Source of the DNA: an uncultured Pirellulales bacterium | GTDB taxonomy: Bacteria; Planctomycetota; Planctomycetia; Pirellulales; S012-138 | Assembly (NCBI GenBank): GCA_964511065.1 | Contig: CAZEEG010000006.1 | Coordinates: forward strand, 578-63,400 | Length of the DNA stretch: 62,823 bases | Reading direction: 5' to 3' | Shown here: in pieces, positions 40,581 to 50,029 of the stretch | Layout: every line of letters starts with the position of its first letter | How positions within the stretch are numbered: the stretch's first letter is position 1 | Translations under genes and position numbers: made by a program | The notes under the pieces: model-generated | Seen by the model: the letters and a program-made list of their open reading frames with translations, nothing else | Told to the model about the DNA's origin: nothing | The model's database searches: none

Positions 40581-43500
40581 GTGCCCATGTTGCCGCGGTT
40601 CCGTCGCCCGATATGCAGAGTAACTCCGGCGTTTCAAGGTAAGCCCAGCGTGTTCCGCGCCGTTCCAGGCCGCCATGTCGCGTGGTGGGTGGCCGCCCGT
40701 GTGAGTGTCTTCGCGCTGGTGGCATTCACGTCGCCACTGGCGGCCGATGAACCCCAGGGCGAGAAGATCGATTTCGTCCGCGATATCAGGCCGATTCTGG
40801 AACAGCATTGCACGTTCTGCCACGGTGCTTCCGAGCAACAGGCTGGCTTTCGTGCGGATGCCGCTACGCTGCTGCTAAAGGGCGGGGACCGTGGCCCCGC
40901 GGTCGTGCCAGGGCAACCGGAGAAAAGCCTGCTCATGGCCGCGCTCACCGGCGAGGGCGATTTGCTGCGGATGCCGCTGGAACTTGACCCCCTGGACGAT
41001 GAAGCCATTGCGTTGATTCGTCGCTGGATTGCCCAAGGGGCCAACGTTCCACCGAACGAGAAAATCCAACCCGCTGAGCCCAAGCGCAGCAGCCATTGGG
41101 CCTTTCAGCCGTTGCAAACGGTGGAACCGCCGCCGACGCGGCACGCAGACTGGGTACGGAACCCGATCGACCGCTTTATTGCAGCGCGGCTCGAAGCCGC
41201 GGGCTTGGCGCCTTCGCCCGAGGCTCCGCGAGAAGTGCTCATCCGGCGGCTATCGCTGGATTTGCGCGGCAAGCCCCCGACCGTTGCCGAGGTCGATGCC
41301 TTCTTGGCCGACCGCGAGCCCGGCGCGTACGAACGACTGGTGCGACGGATGCTTGATTCCCCGCATTACGGCGAACGCTGGGGGCGGCACTGGCTCGACC
41401 TGGCCCGCTACGCCGACAGCAACGGTTACACCATCGACGGGCCGCGTTCCATTTGGAAGTATCGGGATTGGGTGATTGAAGCCCTCAATGCCGATATGCC
41501 ATTCGACCAGTTCACCATCGAACAGATTGCCGGCGACATGCTGCCGGATGCGACGACCTCGCAAATCGTGGCGACTGGTTTTCACCGCAACACCCTGATC
41601 AACCAGGAAGGCGGCACCGACCAGGAGCAGTTTCGCGTGGAAGCCGTGGCCGACCGCGTGGCGACCACCGGATCGGTCTACCTGGGGTTGACCCTCGAAT
41701 GCGCTCGCTGCCACGAACACAAGTACGACCCGATCAGCCAGCGGGAGTACTATCAGCTTTTTGCCATCTTCAACAACGCCGATGAGCCGAACCTTTCGCT
41801 GCCGACTCCCCAGCAATCGCAACGGCTGAGCGAACTTGAGCGGCAACTGAAGGCGGCCGCGGCAAAGCTCAAGGAGTACGATGCGCAGGCGGCAGGCCGC
41901 CAGGGCGATTGGGAAGCTGAGCTTGCCCAGGCGTCGCAGCCCGCACCGTGGAAAGCCATGCCGGTACGCGAAGCGCAATCCACCGGCGGTGCGGAATTCA
42001 AGACACTGGATGACGGCTCGCTGCTGGTCGCCGGAGACATCCCCCGCAGCGATACCTATGTGGTACACCTCGCAAGACCGGGCCAGGTTGTCACGGCCAT
42101 TCGGCTGGAAGCGCTCACGCATGAATCGCTTCCGCGAACGGGTCCAGGTACCGCCAGCAACGGTAACTTTGTGCTGACGGACTTGCAGGTTCGTGCCGTG
42201 TCCGCTGGGCAGGCTGAACGCCCGTTGCCGATTGCCACTGCCGTTGCCGATCACGCGCAGGGGGGCTACCCGGTCGAACACGCGTTCGACAGCGACCGCG
42301 AGCAAACCGGTTGGGCCATCAACATTTCCGGGGGCAAGCTCAATGTGAATCGCACGGCGACGTTCGTTCTTGGCGAACCGCTGGATGCCGCAGCCGATGG
42401 CCTGGTGGTCGAACTGCGGCATGGCCACCCCAACCGCTACAACTTGGGTCGTTTCCGGCTCTCGGTCACGTCGGCGCCGGCCACGGCGTTGGTTGCTGGA
42501 AAAGACCTGATCCAGGCCGCCGCCACCCCGGCCCACCAGCGTACGCCCGAGCAGAAGAAAGCGCTACTGGAAGCGTTCCGGAAATACGACGTACATCGGG
42601 CACCGCTCGCGCAGCAGGTCGATAGCCTCAAGGCGGAATTGACGCAGGTTCGCAAGGAAGTCGTCACCACCATGGTGATGCGCGAGCGGACCCAGCCGCG
42701 TGAATCCCATATTCACATCCGGGGGGACTTCCTTCGGCACGGGGCCGCGGTTGAACCGGCGGTTCCTGCCGTGCTGCACGACCTGCCCGAGGACGTTAGC
42801 CGGCCCAACCGGTTGGACTTTGCGCGGTGGCTGGTCGATCCGGCCAACCCGCTCACGCCGCGCGTGACCGTGAATCGGGTTTGGCAGCGGTACTTTGGCC
42901 GCGGAATCGTTGAAACCGAGAACGATTTCGGCATCCAGGGGGCCAAGCCCAGCCACCCGGAACTGCTCGACTGGCTGGCAGGCGAGTTGATCCGCCAGGA
43001 CTGGAGGCTGAAGCAACTGCACTACTTGATCGTGACCAGTGCCACGTACCGGCAAACGTCGGAGGTCACTCCCCAGCAGTTGGCGGCCGACCGTTTCAAC
43101 GTGCTGCTGGGCCGGCAAAACCGGTTGCGGCTGGAGGCTGAAACCATCCGCGACGCGGCCTTGGCTGCCTCCGGCCGGTTGGTGGAGAAGATCGGCGGCC
43201 CCAGCGTTTTTCCTCCGCAGCCTGCTGGTATCTACGTCTTCACGCAGAACAACAAGAACTGGAAGGCCGACGAGGGCGAGAACCGCTTCCGCCGCGGCAT
43301 GTATACGTACTTCTGGCGAAGCAGCCCCGATCCATTCTTGATGACGTTCGATGCTCCCAATGCCAACGTCACCTGCACGCGGCGCGTACGCTCCAACACC
43401 CCGCTTCAGGCCCTTACTATGGCCAACGACGTCGCTTTCGTCGAAATCGCCCAGGGGCTGGCCCTGCGGATCCTGGAGGAATGCCCCAGACAAAATGCCC

Positions 43501-43739
43501 GGGAGAGGATCGAACACGCGTTCCGGTTGTGCTTGTCGCGGCATCCGCAGGGGCAGGAACTTTCGCTGCTGCTGGCCTACTACGGCCGCTCGCTGGAAGC
43601 CTTTTCCGCCGATGCCCAGGCTGCCAAGGCCGCGGCCCCCGCAACGCTACCCGAAGGTACGACCGCGGCCGAGGGCGCTGCCTGGACAGCGGTCGCCAGG
43701 GTGCTGCTGAATCTCGACGAATTCATCAACCGGGAATAG
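40581..43739 (+). CDS. Planctomycete cytochrome c / DUF1549 / DUF1553 (PSCyt1-PSCyt2-PSD1) protein
   Basis: IDFVRDIRPIL..CTFCHG, HWAF, NPIDRF, YGERWGRHWLD, CARCHEHKYDP, RVTVNRVWQ, SHPELLDWLA, SNTPLQAL, LLNLDEF; start approximate. Confidence 0.93.
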   Translation: MPMLPRFRRPICRVTPAFQGKPSVFRAVPGRHVAWWVAARVSVFALVAFTSPLAADEPQGEKIDFVRDIRPILEQHCTFCHGASEQQAGFRADAATLLLKGGDRGPAVVPGQPEKSLLMAALTGEGDLLRMPLELDPLDDEAIALIRRWIAQGANVPPNEKIQPAEPKRSSHWAFQPLQTVEPPPTRHADWVRNPIDRFIAARLEAAGLAPSPEAPREVLIRRLSLDLRGKPPTVAEVDAFLADREPGAYERLVRRMLDSPHYGERWGRHWLDLARYADSNGYTIDGPRSIWKYRDWVIEALNADMPFDQFTIEQIAGDMLPDATTSQIVATGFHRNTLINQEGGTDQEQFRVEAVADRVATTGSVYLGLTLECARCHEHKYDPISQREYYQLFAIFNNADEPNLSLPTPQQSQRLSELERQLKAAAAKLKEYDAQAAGRQGDWEAELAQASQPAPWKAMPVREAQSTGGAEFKTLDDGSLLVAGDIPRSDTYVVHLARPGQVVTAIRLEALTHESLPRTGPGTASNGNFVLTDLQVRAVSAGQAERPLPIATAVADHAQGGYPVEHAFDSDREQTGWAINISGGKLNVNRTATFVLGEPLDAAADGLVVELRHGHPNRYNLGRFRLSVTSAPATALVAGKDLIQAAATPAHQRTPEQKKALLEAFRKYDVHRAPLAQQVDSLKAELTQVRKEVVTTMVMRERTQPRESHIHIRGDFLRHGAAVEPAVPAVLHDLPEDVSRPNRLDFARWLVDPANPLTPRVTVNRVWQRYFGRGIVETENDFGIQGAKPSHPELLDWLAGELIRQDWRLKQLHYLIVTSATYRQTSEVTPQQLAADRFNVLLGRQNRLRLEAETIRDAALAASGRLVEKIGGPSVFPPQPAGIYVFTQNNKNWKADEGENRFRRGMYTYFWRSSPDPFLMTFDAPNANVTCTRRVRSNTPLQALTMANDVAFVEIAQGLALRILEECPRQNARERIEHAFRLCLSRHPQGQELSLLLAYYGRSLEAFSADAQAAKAAAPATLPEGTTAAEGAAWTAVARVLLNLDEFINRE

Positions 43740-44073
43740 AAACCGGCGCGGCCGGCCGGGACCACCTGTGCCGCCTGTCCGTTGCGTTCCCCCCATGGCG
43801 GGCTGCCGCGATCGATTGCAATTACGGTTCATTCGCCTGGCTATTGATTTTCCGCTGGCCGGGGCTGGACACATCGGAGGGTTCGCGTCAAACTACGTTA
43901 TTCAGCCTCGGTTGCCTGCTTTCTGCCATCAGGCGACGCTGGCCGGGGCACCCACCCGCATGTGGCCGGAGTAGGCCAGGAATACCGGCTTGCGGCCGTA
44001 TTTCGTGATCGGCCGCCCCACCATTCAGCCACTTGAGATTTCCACGGATTTCGGAACTCGCCAGGAATTACCT

Positions 44074-44355
44074 ATGCCCAACACCAAGAGTGCAGAAAAG
44101 CGTTTGCGGCAGAGTCTGGAGCGCCGGACCAGGAACCGCGCGGTGAAGTCGGCGTTGCGGACGCAGATGCGCAAGGTTCGTGAGGCTGTACAAGCTGGGG
44201 AGTTGGAGCGAGCCCAGTCAGAATTCCGCCTCGCCTGCAAGAAACTGGACCAGGCCGCGGCCAAGGGAGTGATTCACCCCAACTCGGCTGCTCGGCGGAA
44301 GTCGCGCCTTAGTGCCGCCGTCAAGGGGGCCGCTCAGCCTTCGCAATCGTCGTAA
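44074..44355 (+). CDS. rpsT: 30S ribosomal protein S20
   Basis: [13 protein letters not shown]...[16 protein letters not shown]; AGGA upstream. Confidence 0.97.
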   Translation: MPNTKSAEKRLRQSLERRTRNRAVKSALRTQMRKVREAVQAGELERAQSEFRLACKKLDQAAAKGVIHPNSAARRKSRLSAAVKGAAQPSQSS

Positions 44356-44423
44356 GCGGACAGTCCGCCTTCTGATTGAAACCTTCTGATTGACAACGTG
44401 CATTCCATTGACATTGTGCACGA

Positions 44424-44465
44424 GTCGAAGCCGCGTTCGAAGCCTGTCGGGGCCGCGGCTTCGAC
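44424..44465. terminator. Stem-loop between convergent rpsT and the GT-C gene
   Basis: 12 bp inverted repeat gtcgaagccgcg...cgcggcttcgac; no clear U-tract. Confidence 0.4.
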
Positions 44466-44587
44466 GCGTGCGCCTTTGGCCGCTACCGGCCAACCCTACT
44501 CTTCTGCGCGGTTTATCTAGCCGTGCAAACACTAAGGGGCGATCCCTCGCCGTGGCCGTACCGTAACTGCCACCGCTGAGAACCGAT

Positions 44588-46708
44588 TTAACGACGAACG
44601 ATGGTCCGGTTGGTCAGGGCGTTAATCTCAACCAGACGATAGCGCCGCCGTTCGCCGCTGATAGCTCTATGTTCGTACGCCAGCAGCGTGCGAAAGGCAT
44701 TGTCCTGTTGCGAGGCAGCGTTTTGCTGCGCAGGGCCATCTTGCGTGTCGACCGTTCGGCTCAACGTGGCCGTCTTGGTTTTGCCGCCGCTGTCGGTCGC
44801 AGCTTCCACCAGTCGCAAGAGCGTGGTACTGTGCCGAATCTCGCTGCCCTCCACGTCCATCAACAGCAGATGCGTGAAGCCGGCGGCAGCCAGGTGCTCG
44901 GGCAGCGAGCAGGCTGCCGGCAGGGCCTTGTGGTAGCCGGTTTCGCGGCGGTACACGTTTTCTTGGGTCACTTCGCACGGGAAGTGAAACTGGCGATAGT
45001 CCTGGCTCAAGATTCGCGCATCGGGCGGCAGGTACCTGGCCGCGAAAGCCGAGGCGAGGTAGGTGGGCACGTGCCGCTGGAGATAGGCTTCGCGGCTTTC
45101 CATTCCCAGGACAACGGCCACTTCGCCCCGCGCGCGGCTCATCGCCTGGGCGGTATTGAATGCCAAAGCGGCCACGGCGGCCCCGGTGATTAGCCAGCCG
45201 GGCAAGCCTCCGAAACGCACGGCCATTTGCCAGGCGGCGGCTACAGCTACCGCGAGCAGTGGAACCATCGGCAGCAGGAAGCGCAGGTTCTGCCGCATCG
45301 TGTACCACAGCGTTACGTAAACAGCCACAATCGCCAACAGCAGCCATAGCCGCGGAAGCCTTCGCACCAGACACACGCCAGGCAGGATCGCCAGGAACAG
45401 CACGCCCAATTGATGCCCGCGGCCACCAAACTGTTCTGGTTGCATGGTGATCTGCCAGGAGGCTGCCGCGATGTCCGCGGCCTTCACATCCAGTGGCCGC
45501 TTGTCCGGGCGGTCGGTCTGGGGGCCGGAGGTTGCGAAGACGTCGCCCAGGAAGGGGTACACGGGGTTACCCCGCAGTGCCGCCGCCCTGGCGTACCACG
45601 GTCCGGCCACGGCCGCGCTCACCACGGCTACCACCGCCGCGCCGGCCAGGAGTCTGCCGCGCAGGCCGCGCCGGCTAACCAGTTGGATCAACCAGGCGAA
45701 GGCCATCGCGACCGCGAACATCAGGGCCAGGTATTTGGTCGATAGTGCGGCCCCGGCCATGATGCCTGATGCTACAAAGCCGCCATGCTGTGGTTCGCCG
45801 GTGCCGACCGAGGGACGCACCGCCTGCCGCCACGCTACCAGGGCGAACGTGGTGAATGTCGCCAGCGCCAGGTCGTTGAATGCGGCAGTCATCTGATTGG
45901 TTACGGCCGGTGTGACCAGCGCGATAACCGCCGCCACCTTTGCCCAGCCATCGGCTGCCGCGGTGGCGTGCCGCCGCTGGGAGTCCGAGGGCCCTGTGAA
46001 CACGTCGAGGGCCAGCAGATACGTGGCGGCGGCGAACAATCCGCCGAAAAGCCAATGGATGAGCTGCGCCGTAACCGCTCCATCCAAGGCCAGCCCCCAG
46101 GCGTACAGCATTTCGACCAGCAGCGGAAAGGTGCTGTTGTCGTGGTACGGAAGGTGGCGGAACCCGCCTGCATCGAGGAAATACTTCGGCAGTGCCAGGT
46201 GGTAGCACAGGGCATCGCCATCGGTCGCTGGGGCCAATGCCACGACCAGGCTCGCCCCGGCCGCCGCCAGTGTGAAAGCCCCCAGCGTGTGACTCAACCA
46301 CCCAGGAGGTGTGGCATCTTCCGGACCATGGTCGATACACGGCTGGGCGTCGCCGGTCTGGCCGGTTGGCCGGTTGTCGCCGCCGCGGGGATTTCCCTCG
46401 GCTTGCAAGAATTTCAAAGACCTGGTCGGTGCCGTCAGCCAGCGCGCGGCCGTAAGCCCCGCAGCGCTAGCTGTGAGCATCCAAATGAGGTGGACCTTCA
46501 GCAGGCCCACAAAAGCCAAGGCGGTCAGAATGCAACCGCCGGCCACGAGGCCGAGGCAGACGCGCCATGCCGCGAGGGGCCAGCGGCGTGCAGTCAGAGC
46601 GGGGGTGGGCGGCGCTAGCGGCCACGCCGTTGCCAGGGGCCGTCCGAGGGTGTCGGCCGCCAGAACGATCAGCAGCAGGCTCATCAATGACCAGGCTGTC
46701 GCGAGCAT
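44588..46708 (-). CDS. Polytopic GT-C fold membrane glycosyltransferase (ArnT/GT39-like)
   Basis: Many TMs; DGDALCYHL loop motif, FPLLVEMLY, ALSTKY, PWYAR..GNPVYPF, RFLLP; C-terminal soluble domain. Confidence 0.75.
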   Translation of the reverse strand: MLATAWSLMSLLLIVLAADTLGRPLATAWPLAPPTPALTARRWPLAAWRVCLGLVAGGCILTALAFVGLLKVHLIWMLTASAAGLTAARWLTAPTRSLKFLQAEGNPRGGDNRPTGQTGDAQPCIDHGPEDATPPGWLSHTLGAFTLAAAGASLVVALAPATDGDALCYHLALPKYFLDAGGFRHLPYHDNSTFPLLVEMLYAWGLALDGAVTAQLIHWLFGGLFAAATYLLALDVFTGPSDSQRRHATAAADGWAKVAAVIALVTPAVTNQMTAAFNDLALATFTTFALVAWRQAVRPSVGTGEPQHGGFVASGIMAGAALSTKYLALMFAVAMAFAWLIQLVSRRGLRGRLLAGAAVVAVVSAAVAGPWYARAAALRGNPVYPFLGDVFATSGPQTDRPDKRPLDVKAADIAAASWQITMQPEQFGGRGHQLGVLFLAILPGVCLVRRLPRLWLLLAIVAVYVTLWYTMRQNLRFLLPMVPLLAVAVAAAWQMAVRFGGLPGWLITGAAVAALAFNTAQAMSRARGEVAVVLGMESREAYLQRHVPTYLASAFAARYLPPDARILSQDYRQFHFPCEVTQENVYRRETGYHKALPAACSLPEHLAAAGFTHLLLMDVEGSEIRHSTTLLRLVEAATDSGGKTKTATLSRTVDTQDGPAQQNAASQQDNAFRTLLAYEHRAISGERRRYRLVEINALTNRTIVRR

Positions 46709-46794
46709 AGGGCGGCGGCTCCATCCACCGGTTGAATCCAGCTCAACACAAACGGCATCCCAACCGCGCGATCGTCATCTCGGTCGCGGCCGCT

Positions 46795-47073
46795 CTATTC
46801 GCCGATGGCTACCTTGGAGAACATCCAGTTCATATGGTAGGCCACGGCCAGTAGCATCCACATTGTCAGCAGCCACACGGCGATCACGGCCCAAGGCGAG
46901 TGCCGCTTGCGCTGCCCGCTGTGCTGAATGGGGTTACCCAACAGCAGCCTGGCGGCGGTTCGCCGGGCGCGGCGGCCGCGGTCGGTGGGCTCCCCCGAGT
47001 TGCTCGTCGTCGTAGACGATCCGCCCACTCGCAAGCTCGGTGGGAGACGGTGCTTGGGATGGGGGGCGATCAT
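46795..47073 (-). CDS. Small single-TM membrane protein
   Basis: ATGA overlap with the GT9 stop; C-terminal TM WAVIAVWLLTMWMLLAVAY. Confidence 0.55.
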   Translation of the reverse strand: MIAPHPKHRLPPSLRVGGSSTTTSNSGEPTDRGRRARRTAARLLLGNPIQHSGQRKRHSPWAVIAVWLLTMWMLLAVAYHMNWMFSKVAIGE

Positions 47074-48815
47074 ACGCTCGGGTTCTCCTTGGATTCCTGA
47101 GAGATACCAGCTTTGGGCTCAGAAGGCAAATCCGATGCCAACGGCTTTCGCAGGCCCATCCCCCTGAGGCGGTGCGGGCCGTCCACACGGCAGATCGGTT
47201 GCGCCCGGCTGGCCCCTTCGGTTCCCGACTCGTGGGCCGCACCACCGGCCGGGTTGACCGTTGATCTCTGTGGCCAGCGCGCGGCCAGGCTGCCAGCAGC
47301 CGAAACCTCGGCGCGATCGGGCAGCCTGGCCAACGGCAGCGAACCATCACCTTGGAGAACATCCTGGCGGTTGGTGTCCGGGCCGTGCGCGGCATGGCGC
47401 GATGGTTCTCCCCATTCCGCAACCTGACCATCGGCCGGCGTTTCCAGCAGGTCTGCAAAGCCGGCGGCTTTCAGGTGTTCGGCGGCCAGCGCGGCGACTT
47501 CGTCGGGCTGTACATCAACCATGCAAGGATGGTCGGCCAGGGGGCATTGTTGCCGATGGCAGGGCGAACAGGCTGGCGGACGTCGGATCAAGCGAACGGT
47601 CTTACCCCAGGGCGCCCATTGGTGCGGATGGTTGGTGCCGCTGAAAATGGCGATGGTGCGCGTGCCCATTGCCGCTGCCAGGTGGGCCGGCCCCGAATCG
47701 GCACCGATGAACAGGTCGCACCGCGCAAGCAACGCCGCGAGTTCGTCCAACGGCAGTTGACCTGTCCAGTCGACAACGTTCGCCAAAGCGCCGCCGGCCA
47801 GCACCTGCCGGGCCACGGCACGGTCGGCTGCTTGTCCCACGAGTACCACCGCGGCGCGGTGCGAGACGATCAATTGTCCCAACAACTCCCGCCAGTGCCA
47901 CGTGGGCCAACGCTTGGCATGTGTTCCAGATCCCACGTGAAACACCACCAACGGCATCTCCCCGTCCGCAGCGGCAGGTGCCTGCTCGATTCGATCCCTG
48001 TTGACCGGCGATGCCGAGGTCGTGTTCATCGCCCGCCCGCTCGGTAATCCGGCGAACCTGAGACGCTCGGCCACCTGGGCGGCGGCCTTGCTGCCGGGGG
48101 TCAACCGGGGAGCGACATCCTCCTCGGCGGCCTCGGTCAATGCCTTCAGCAGGGCGAGCCGCGAAAGCACTTCATGCCGGCCGCGATGGTACGCCACACT
48201 CTGCGTCAACAGAAAGCCGCCGCCGCCGCAGTTCCATCCGACGCGGCGCCGCGCGCCGGCGAGCCACATCAGGAGTGCGTTAGGGAATTCGCCGCGAACA
48301 TCGATGGCCAAGTCGTAGCGGCGCCGCCGAAGTTGCCATGCACAGCGGAACAAGGCGGTTATCCAGCCGCGGCTGCCGCCGGGTTGAAACCGATTGCGTT
48401 CCAGGACCAACACGTGATGCACGGCAGGGCACATGCGAAACACGCCGACGTTCCATGGCGCGGCCAGCACTTCGATTTTCGCTGCCGGAAAGGCGTCGCC
48501 CAATGCGGCGATGAAGCCAGTACTCAAGACAGCATCGCCCAAGTGGTCCAGTTGAATAACGAGAATCCGCGCAGGCGGTTCGCTCTCCAGGCCGGCGGTC
48601 TTGCCTCGCAGGGCCGCGGCGCTTCGCACGTAGCCAAATAGCCTTACTGGACCAAACAGCAGCCATCCCAAACTGTCGATGAGGGCGAACAACAATCGCC
48701 AGCGAAGCCTCACGTAGCGGTAATGCCCCAGCAAACGGCGGGGCCGTATGCGGAATCGGGCGGGATCGGGTGGCCGGCTGCGCCGGGCTCTTCCTCGGCC
48801 TCGTTTCAGGGACAT
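47070..48815 (-). CDS. Glycosyltransferase family 9 (LPS heptosyltransferase-like)
   Basis: ILVIQLDHLGDAVL, KRWP, FIGADSGPAHLAAAMG, C-terminal CSPC...C..HPC; start estimated at MSLKR. Confidence 0.9.
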   Translation of the reverse strand: MSLKRGRGRARRSRPPDPARFRIRPRRLLGHYRYVRLRWRLLFALIDSLGWLLFGPVRLFGYVRSAAALRGKTAGLESEPPARILVIQLDHLGDAVLSTGFIAALGDAFPAAKIEVLAAPWNVGVFRMCPAVHHVLVLERNRFQPGGSRGWITALFRCAWQLRRRRYDLAIDVRGEFPNALLMWLAGARRRVGWNCGGGGFLLTQSVAYHRGRHEVLSRLALLKALTEAAEEDVAPRLTPGSKAAAQVAERLRFAGLPSGRAMNTTSASPVNRDRIEQAPAAADGEMPLVVFHVGSGTHAKRWPTWHWRELLGQLIVSHRAAVVLVGQAADRAVARQVLAGGALANVVDWTGQLPLDELAALLARCDLFIGADSGPAHLAAAMGTRTIAIFSGTNHPHQWAPWGKTVRLIRRPPACSPCHRQQCPLADHPCMVDVQPDEVAALAAEHLKAAGFADLLETPADGQVAEWGEPSRHAAHGPDTNRQDVLQGDGSLPLARLPDRAEVSAAGSLAARWPQRSTVNPAGGAAHESGTEGASRAQPICRVDGPHRLRGMGLRKPLASDLPSEPKAGISQESKENPSV

Positions 48816-49996
48816 GCGGCATCCTTCTCCGCGAGCGCGGACTGGGGCGAAGTGAGGTAAGCCGCCGCCGTGGCTTCTGCGGCGGCCTGCCAGGAGAAAT
48901 GACGGGCAACGTGGGTGGCGCGCTCGGCGCAGCGCGGCGAATCGGCCGCTTCGGCGACCGCTTGCCGGATCGCCTTGTGATCCACCGGTGAGACATACCG
49001 AGCGTGAGGGCCAAAGTATTCTCGCGTGCAACCGCGGTTGGTCAGGACCAGCGGCACACCCTGCATGGCGGCCTCCAGCGCAACCAGGCCGGGCGTTTCA
49101 AATAGGCTCGTCAGCACCAGGCAGCGGCAGGCAGCATAGCAGCTGGCCAGCAGTGGGCTATCGTGCGGGAGCCTCGGCAAGAAGTGAACGTTGGGACCGG
49201 CCTCGGCACGGCACCGATGAGCATAGGCTTCGTGGCCCGGCACCGCGTCGCCCAGCAGCACCATCGGCAACGAATTGCCGCGCATGGCTCGCAGAAACCC
49301 TAACTGGTTCTTGCGCGGCTCGATGCGCCCGGCATACAGCACAAAATCGCGTAATCCAAATTGCCGTTCAAAGGCCGTCGGGCAGGCCCAAGCGAATTGG
49401 GCATCGGCCGCGTTGGGAACCACGGCCAGCTTCGACTGCGGTACTCCAAAATAACGGCGAAGTTGCTGGGCCTCGGCAACCGAATTGGGCAGCAGCAGAT
49501 CGGCCTGGTGATAAAGCTGCCGCCGCCAAGAGGGAATCGCCGGCACCGCCGCCCGCAGAGCGAACTTGGCCACTGCGGCTAATCCCTGGCGGTAGCTGGC
49601 CGACTCGTGCCATAGGGCCGCGGCCGAAAACCACGCGATCGTGGAAATCGCTACCCGAACTCCATGCCCCCGCGCGGCGGCCACCAACGGCAGAAACTCC
49701 GGACAACTGCCAAACAGGTGCAGCCAATCACCGGGCCGCGGTTGCTCCTCCCAGGGCCGCCAAAGTCGTGCATCCAGGCCCAGTTCGCGGAGCGCTTGGG
49801 CCGACTTGAGCAATTGGGTTTCGCCGCCGCCGGGCGCGAACATGGCATCGGGCCGACCCGCCAGGTAAACCCGTCCCAACCCGGCCAGGCGCGCTTGCAG
49901 CGCGGCTGCATGGGCGGTTGGAGCTTCGCGCAGTAGCGCAAGCGGCCTGTCTTTCGGTCGCAGTTGCGGTGGAAGCTGGTGGGATGTGTGGGCCAT
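48806..49996 (-). CDS. Glycosyltransferase family 4 (GT-B)
   Basis: GGGETQ, PNS..E, VVPNA, GRIEPRKNQ, ETPGLVALEA (EX7E), FSW. Confidence 0.92.
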   Translation of the reverse strand: MAHTSHQLPPQLRPKDRPLALLREAPTAHAAALQARLAGLGRVYLAGRPDAMFAPGGGETQLLKSAQALRELGLDARLWRPWEEQPRPGDWLHLFGSCPEFLPLVAAARGHGVRVAISTIAWFSAAALWHESASYRQGLAAVAKFALRAAVPAIPSWRRQLYHQADLLLPNSVAEAQQLRRYFGVPQSKLAVVPNAADAQFAWACPTAFERQFGLRDFVLYAGRIEPRKNQLGFLRAMRGNSLPMVLLGDAVPGHEAYAHRCRAEAGPNVHFLPRLPHDSPLLASCYAACRCLVLTSLFETPGLVALEAAMQGVPLVLTNRGCTREYFGPHARYVSPVDHKAIRQAVAEAADSPRCAERATHVARHFSWQAAAEATAAAYLTSPQSALAEKDAACP

Positions 49997-50029
49997 GGTC
50001 GCGGTCGCGTGTGGTCGACGGTTGATTGG

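Noticed and set aside
44368-44393. 12 bp direct repeat ccttctgattga x2 after rpsT as an att or target-site scar
   Set aside because: The copies are only 2 bp apart, and there is no integrase, transposase or matching copy noticed at the far end of the glycosylation locus
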